A program made the position numbers and the translations under genes. The notes under the pieces are model-generated. The model worked only from the letters and a program-made list of their open reading frames with translations, was not told the origin of the DNA and did not search any database. This document shows, piece after piece, positions 28,561-32,000 of a DNA stretch of 32,000 nt. The stretch is from Wolbachia endosymbiont of Cimex lectularius (GTDB lineage: Bacteria; Pseudomonadota; Alphaproteobacteria; Rickettsiales; Anaplasmataceae), in contig NZ_AP013028.1 of the NCBI RefSeq assembly GCF_000829315.1, positions 120,001-152,000 on the forward strand. Direction: 5' to 3'. The first letter of the stretch is position 1. Each line of letters begins with the position of its first letter.

Positions 28561-29154
28561 TTAGTGAGACTTGCTCCTTCCACCGAAAAAGATATCATTT
28601 AGTCTTTTATCTATGGTTTCCTCTATATCCTTGACTAACAGTTGCCTTATCATGGCCACTTTTCGCCTTTCTTGAGCATGGCGCTCATCATTGTAACCAT
28701 AATGACTGCTACTGCTATAGCTATTTTCGCTGCTATAGTTATAACTACTACCATTTGCTTTACTGCTGTAACTTGCTTTACTGCCCCTTTTGCCTTTGAT
28801 CATGAACCTGAGTATTTGCATTATTCTTTCCTTTAAAAAAGATTTCCAGCCGGTACTAAGAAGTAATCTATAGAGAAAATGCGGAGCAAGAAACGCTACT
28901 AATATTCTAAAATAAACTCCATAACTGAGGTCATCTTTGTTATCGTAATACCACTTGCAATATTCAAACAAATGATTAAATGCATTTTTGAAAGAGCCAA
29001 ATTCTACAGCATACCAAAAGCCATTGCTGAGAAACATGAACGTAACGCTGGATGCATAAAGATATATTATAAGGAGGAATAGCTTGACAACTATGTCCTT
29101 TAAGTTGCCCAGTATATAACTTAATAACCTTAATCTATAGAAAAGTGATATCAT
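28561..29154 (-). CDS. hypothetical membrane protein with Ser/Tyr-rich segment
   Basis: 197-aa ORF with several hydrophobic helices, then SKASYSSKANGSSYNYSSENSYSSSSHYGY. No family recognised. Confidence 0.5.
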   Translation of the reverse strand: MISLFYRLRLLSYILGNLKDIVVKLFLLIIYLYASSVTFMFLSNGFWYAVEFGSFKNAFNHLFEYCKWYYDNKDDLSYGVYFRILVAFLAPHFLYRLLLSTGWKSFLKERIMQILRFMIKGKRGSKASYSSKANGSSYNYSSENSYSSSSHYGYNDERHAQERRKVAMIRQLLVKDIEETIDKRLNDIFFGGRSKSH

Positions 29155-29172
29155 TTCACACCCTCTTCAATA

Positions 29173-29247
29173 TGGCTGGGGTGGAAGGATTCGAACCTTC
29201 GCATGGCGGTATCAAAAACCGCTGCCTTACCGCTTGGCTACACCCCA
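29173..29247 (-). tRNA. tRNA-Gln (anticodon UUG), CCA encoded
   Basis: Minus strand TGGGGTG-TA-GCCAAGCGGTAAGGC-A-GCGGT-TTTTGAT-ACCGC-CATGC-GAAGG-TTCGAAT-CCTTC-CACCCCA-G-CCA folds as a full cloverleaf by hand. Confidence 0.9.
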
Positions 29248-29573
29248 ATACTGCTTACATCAATAACATTATTAACCCAATTAGTAAAAGACTTATTTGT
29301 CTTTTCTATAGGTATTATTACAACAGCAGGTTGATCATAAGAATGCATTGCTTCGATTTTTTCTACAACTTTATCAACTTGATCGTTTCTGCTTTTCATA
29401 ATTGCTACTATTTCACAACTACTATTAATTTTATCTTCCCATAAATAAAGAGAATTCACCTCGGGAAATATGTTTACACATGCAATTGATTTCTCATTTA
29501 ACAATTCTTCAGAAACAGTTTTAGCTTCCTTGAAACTTGCAAAAGTTGTATAAATCAAAACTAAACCACTCAT
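29238..29573 (-). CDS. cutA: divalent-cation tolerance protein CutA
   Basis: 111 aa. Matches IYTTF.S.EEA..I...LL.E.L.ACVNI, S.Y.W.......E and HSYD.P patterns of CutA1. The 3' end overlaps the tRNA-Gln 5' end by 10 nt. Confidence 0.8.
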   Translation of the reverse strand: MSGLVLIYTTFASFKEAKTVSEELLNEKSIACVNIFPEVNSLYLWEDKINSSCEIVAIMKSRNDQVDKVVEKIEAMHSYDQPAVVIIPIEKTNKSFTNWVNNVIDVSSIGV

Positions 29574-29637
29574 TAGAATCTACATAAACGCATTGCTACT
29601 ATACTTTACTTAGATTTATTCATCAAGAGAAAATAGA

Positions 29638-29666
29638 AAGGACGTTACTCAATGAGTAACGTCCTT
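29638..29666 (-). terminator. candidate rho-independent terminator (29-bp near-perfect palindrome followed by a T-rich tract on the minus strand)
   Basis: aaggacgttactca-a-tgagtaacgtcctt. On the minus strand it is followed by tctattttctctt. It lies downstream, in the pre-IS arrangement, of the 30567-31268 gene and 65 nt upstream of cutA. Confidence 0.5.
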
Positions 29667-29718
29667 GTGGGGAAGTGGTAGTTTTACTTATTACCTACTT
29701 TTGGAATTATACCTCTTA

Positions 29719-30578
29719 GAACCTGTTTAAAATCTTGGAAATGTGAGGTAAAGTAAGCATAGATTAATAATGAGGTGTCTATGCAGAAAAGTTATCCAAG
29801 TAATATAAGTCAAGAGCAGTTTGAAAAAATCAGGCCAATTTTGGAGAGTAGCAAGCAGAAAACAAAACCAAGAAAACTTGATTTGTATGACGTATTTTGT
29901 GGGGTGTTGTACGTCTTAAAAAGTGGTTGTCAGTGGAGGATGTTACCAAAGGGTTTTCCAAGATGGGAAAGCGTATATTACTATTTTCGAGTGTGGAGTA
30001 AAAAGAATGGAGAAGAGCCAAGCTTGTTGGAATTAGTCTTAAAAAAAATTAGTTGGAGAGGCCCGTATCAGCAATGGTCGGAAAGAGAAAACTAGCTTTT
30101 GTATAATTGATTCTCAAAGCGTTAAAAACGCAGATACTGCTGAAAAAAAAGGCTATGATGCAGGTAAAAAGATTTCAGGGATAAAGCGCCATATTGCAGT
30201 TGATACACAAGGTTTGCCACATGCAATTTATGTAACAACGGCAGAAGCAACTGACCGTAGCAGTGCTGTGAAAATGGTCGAAAATGCTAAAGCAAACCTC
30301 TCTGAAGTTAAAAACATACTGGTTGATGCTGGCTACACAGGAGAAAATTTTGCAACACAAATAAAAGCTATCATTGGTGCGACTGTTGAAGTAATAAAGC
30401 GAAGTGAGTTACACACTTTCGTCGTATTGCCAAAAAGATGGGTTGTTGAACGCTCTTTTGCCTGGTTAGAAAAGTGCAGGCGATTGTGGAAAAATTGCGA
30501 GCGGAAGCTCAACACTAGCTTACAGATGATAGTCCTCTCCTTCATTTCTCTCCTGTTACGAAGATTTTAAACAGGTTC
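29719..30578 (+). mobile_element. IS5-family insertion sequence, copy D (860 bp)
   Basis: Same IRs. The flanks are TTA (left) and TAA (right). One substitution (gaggCccg). Confidence 0.9.
29775..30570 (+). CDS. IS5-family DDE transposase (orfA + orfB, +1 frame change needed at the A8 tract)
   Basis: As for copy A. orfA 29775-30095, orfB frame to 30570. Confidence 0.8.
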
Positions 30579-31268
30579 TAAGCGTATTGCAGATTCTATC
30601 CTAGATTTCATAGCAGATTTTATTGCCGGCAGCACAGAAGAATTATCTGCTTTAGCAATCTTGATTGTGTCGTTAACCACCTCTCTTATCCCTTTTTGCT
30701 GAAGTAATTCTTGCACAAGTTGAGACTCCATTGGGTGTTCACCACTATGAGCAAATTCTTTTAAGGAACCACCAAGACGATCTGCTGCAGTGCTGGCACC
30801 TTCTTTTGCTTTACCTTTAATGTACACAACACCAGCTTTAATTTTCCTGGCAGTATATTCCGCCCCTTCAACTGTTTTTTCTGCAGCATATTTGAAGCCT
30901 GCTTTTATTTCTGCCCTATATCTCCATGCTGCGTAAGAAACACCAACCAAAACAGCAGCTCCTATTATTGCTCCAACTACAATTCCAATTACTGGTGATG
31001 CAGCGGCTGTAGCTGTTCCTGCAGTTGCAAAAGCAGAAGCAATTGTTGACCAGTTGGTTGGAATAATATAACCTATCAAGCCAATTACTCCCAGCCTGAT
31101 AATACCACTATTTAACTGGTTCTGCTTTCTTAACGACTTTATTTCTTTCCCTAACGATTCTATTTTTTGCCCTAATGGATCCTTTGAAAAAGAATTTTCA
31201 GTCTGAGTTCCAACAGAACCTGGATTATTGTCATTAGTAACTAATGTTCTTTCTGAATTATTTGACAT
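30567..31268 (-). CDS. hypothetical membrane protein (Gly/Ala-rich TM pair); the last four codons and the stop are supplied by the IS end
   Basis: Start moved to ATG 31268 (MSNNSERT) because GTGAGG, the track start, serves as its SD. TM segments IIRLGVIGLIGYII and VIGIVVGAIIGAAVLVGV. The C-terminus ..AIR|LEPV* reads into the IS right end. Confidence 0.55.
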   Translation of the reverse strand: MSNNSERTLVTNDNNPGSVGTQTENSFSKDPLGQKIESLGKEIKSLRKQNQLNSGIIRLGVIGLIGYIIPTNWSTIASAFATAGTATAAASPVIGIVVGAIIGAAVLVGVSYAAWRYRAEIKAGFKYAAEKTVEGAEYTARKIKAGVVYIKGKAKEGASTAADRLGGSLKEFAHSGEHPMESQLVQELLQQKGIREVVNDTIKIAKADNSSVLPAIKSAMKSRIESAIRLEPV

Positions 31269-31411
31269 TTTAAACCTCACTATTAATTAAACATATTAAT
31301 ATTGTACATCCTCAATTCTTAAATTAGTGATAATTTGACTGTCAGTGTGCATTTGCCTGCAAATAATTTTGCTTGACGCTGGTACAACAAGGATGAAGGG
31401 ACTGGGATTGT

Positions 31412-31621
31412 ATGGGGTATAGAAAAAAATTGTTTCTTTTACTGGCTGCTGTAATTTTAGCGATTCTATTATTAAAAGATTATAGTGGTTCTCACAAAGA
31501 TATAGTGCACCTCAAAAACGACAACAAGGAATTTAAAAGAAGACCAGAAAATTCTATAGAGTCAACCATATTACATAGAGAAAAGGAAGTGTATGATCAT
31601 GTTCTCCAATCTGATAATTAA
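31412..31621 (+). CDS. small hypothetical membrane protein (69 aa)
   Basis: N-terminal TM LFLLLAAVILAILLL. Sits upstream of hflK on the same strand. No family recognised. Confidence 0.35.
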   Translation: MGYRKKLFLLLAAVILAILLLKDYSGSHKDIVHLKNDNKEFKRRPENSIESTILHREKEVYDHVLQSDN

Positions 31622-31695
31622 TTCGTAAATAAAATAGTCTTGCATTTTCCTACTAAAGAAGTAATATTAGCGTATTAGTTATAGAATTAATCATT

Positions 31696-32000
31696 ATGTT
31701 TGATGAGAACAATCCTTGGAATCTTGGAAAGAAACCGATAAGGAATAAAACTCCTAATAATGAAGATATTTTAAGTAAAATTATATCCGAGATAAGGTAC
31801 TTTTTTAATGTCCTAACAAGAAACAGCGGCAAAAAGCCTTATTTAATTATTTTTGTTATTTTGTTCTTCTATGCTTGCACTGGCTTCTATATTGTCCACC
31901 CAAGTGAGGAAGGCATAGAACTTACTTTTGGCAAATATTCTAATACAGAAACACCTGGTTTGCGCTATCACTTTCCTTACCCTATTGGCAAGGTCTTTAA
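31696..32000 (+). CDS. hflK: FtsH protease modulator HflK, 5' partial (runs off the window)
   Basis: ATG 31696 gives MFDENNPWN...YLIIFVILFFYACTGFYIVHPSEEGIELTFGKYSNTETPGLRYHFPYPIGKV, the HflK N-terminal TM plus the start of the SPFH domain. It is open to the window end, so it is absent from the ORF track. Confidence 0.8.
   Translation, partial: MFDENNPWNLGKKPIRNKTPNNEDILSKIISEIRYFFNVLTRNSGKKPYLIIFVILFFYACTGFYIVHPSEEGIELTFGKYSNTETPGLRYHFPYPIGKVF

Noticed and set aside
29145-29444. A 99-aa plus-strand ORF overlapping tRNA-Gln and antisense to cutA.
   Set aside because: It is fully explained by the tRNA and the well-supported cutA on the opposite strand.
1-32000. Looked for prophage (WO-like) structural genes, cif-type operons, type IV secretion genes, reverse transcriptases/retrons and toxin-antitoxin pairs.
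   Set aside because: No ORF in the track shows motifs of these families, and no multi-gene accessory operon is present in the window.

Overview
AT-rich, repeat-laden window that looks like a Wolbachia-type (Rickettsiales/Anaplasmataceae) endosymbiont chromosome. That assignment is inferred from gene content, ankyrin genes, IS5-type elements and protein-coding palindromic repeats; no database search was possible. The housekeeping genes look intact: a Fe-ADH/G1PDH-like gene, dprA, fdxA, ddl, ftsQ, an NlpD-like LytM protein, leuS, nth, icd, putA, sdhA, cutA, tRNA-Gln(UUG) and the 5' part of hflK. Accessory content includes four >99% identical, co-oriented copies of an 860-bp IS5-family element (7710-8568, 17224-18082, 18962-19821, 29719-30578). 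There is also a ~72-bp palindromic element, present in-frame inside leuS and inside the Fe-ADH gene, plus two intergenic copies. Several accessory genes each carry only one to three lesions: an AAA+ ATPase/nuclease-like gene, two paralogous beta-barrel outer-membrane protein genes with swapped low-complexity loop cassettes, a three-module ankyrin gene, and RDD and MFS fragments. The least explained signal is a ~0.5-kb composite intergenic module present three times (5589-6115, 27550-28166, and inverted at 14150-14655). Each copy is headed by a consensus or near-consensus TTGACA-17-TATAAT promoter that drives no recognisable ORF. It could be a small-RNA family or a mobile promoter-bearing repeat. 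I see no complete multi-gene novel system (no CRISPR, prophage, cif or T4SS genes). All functional calls rest on motif recognition from the ORF translations and manual repeat comparison.
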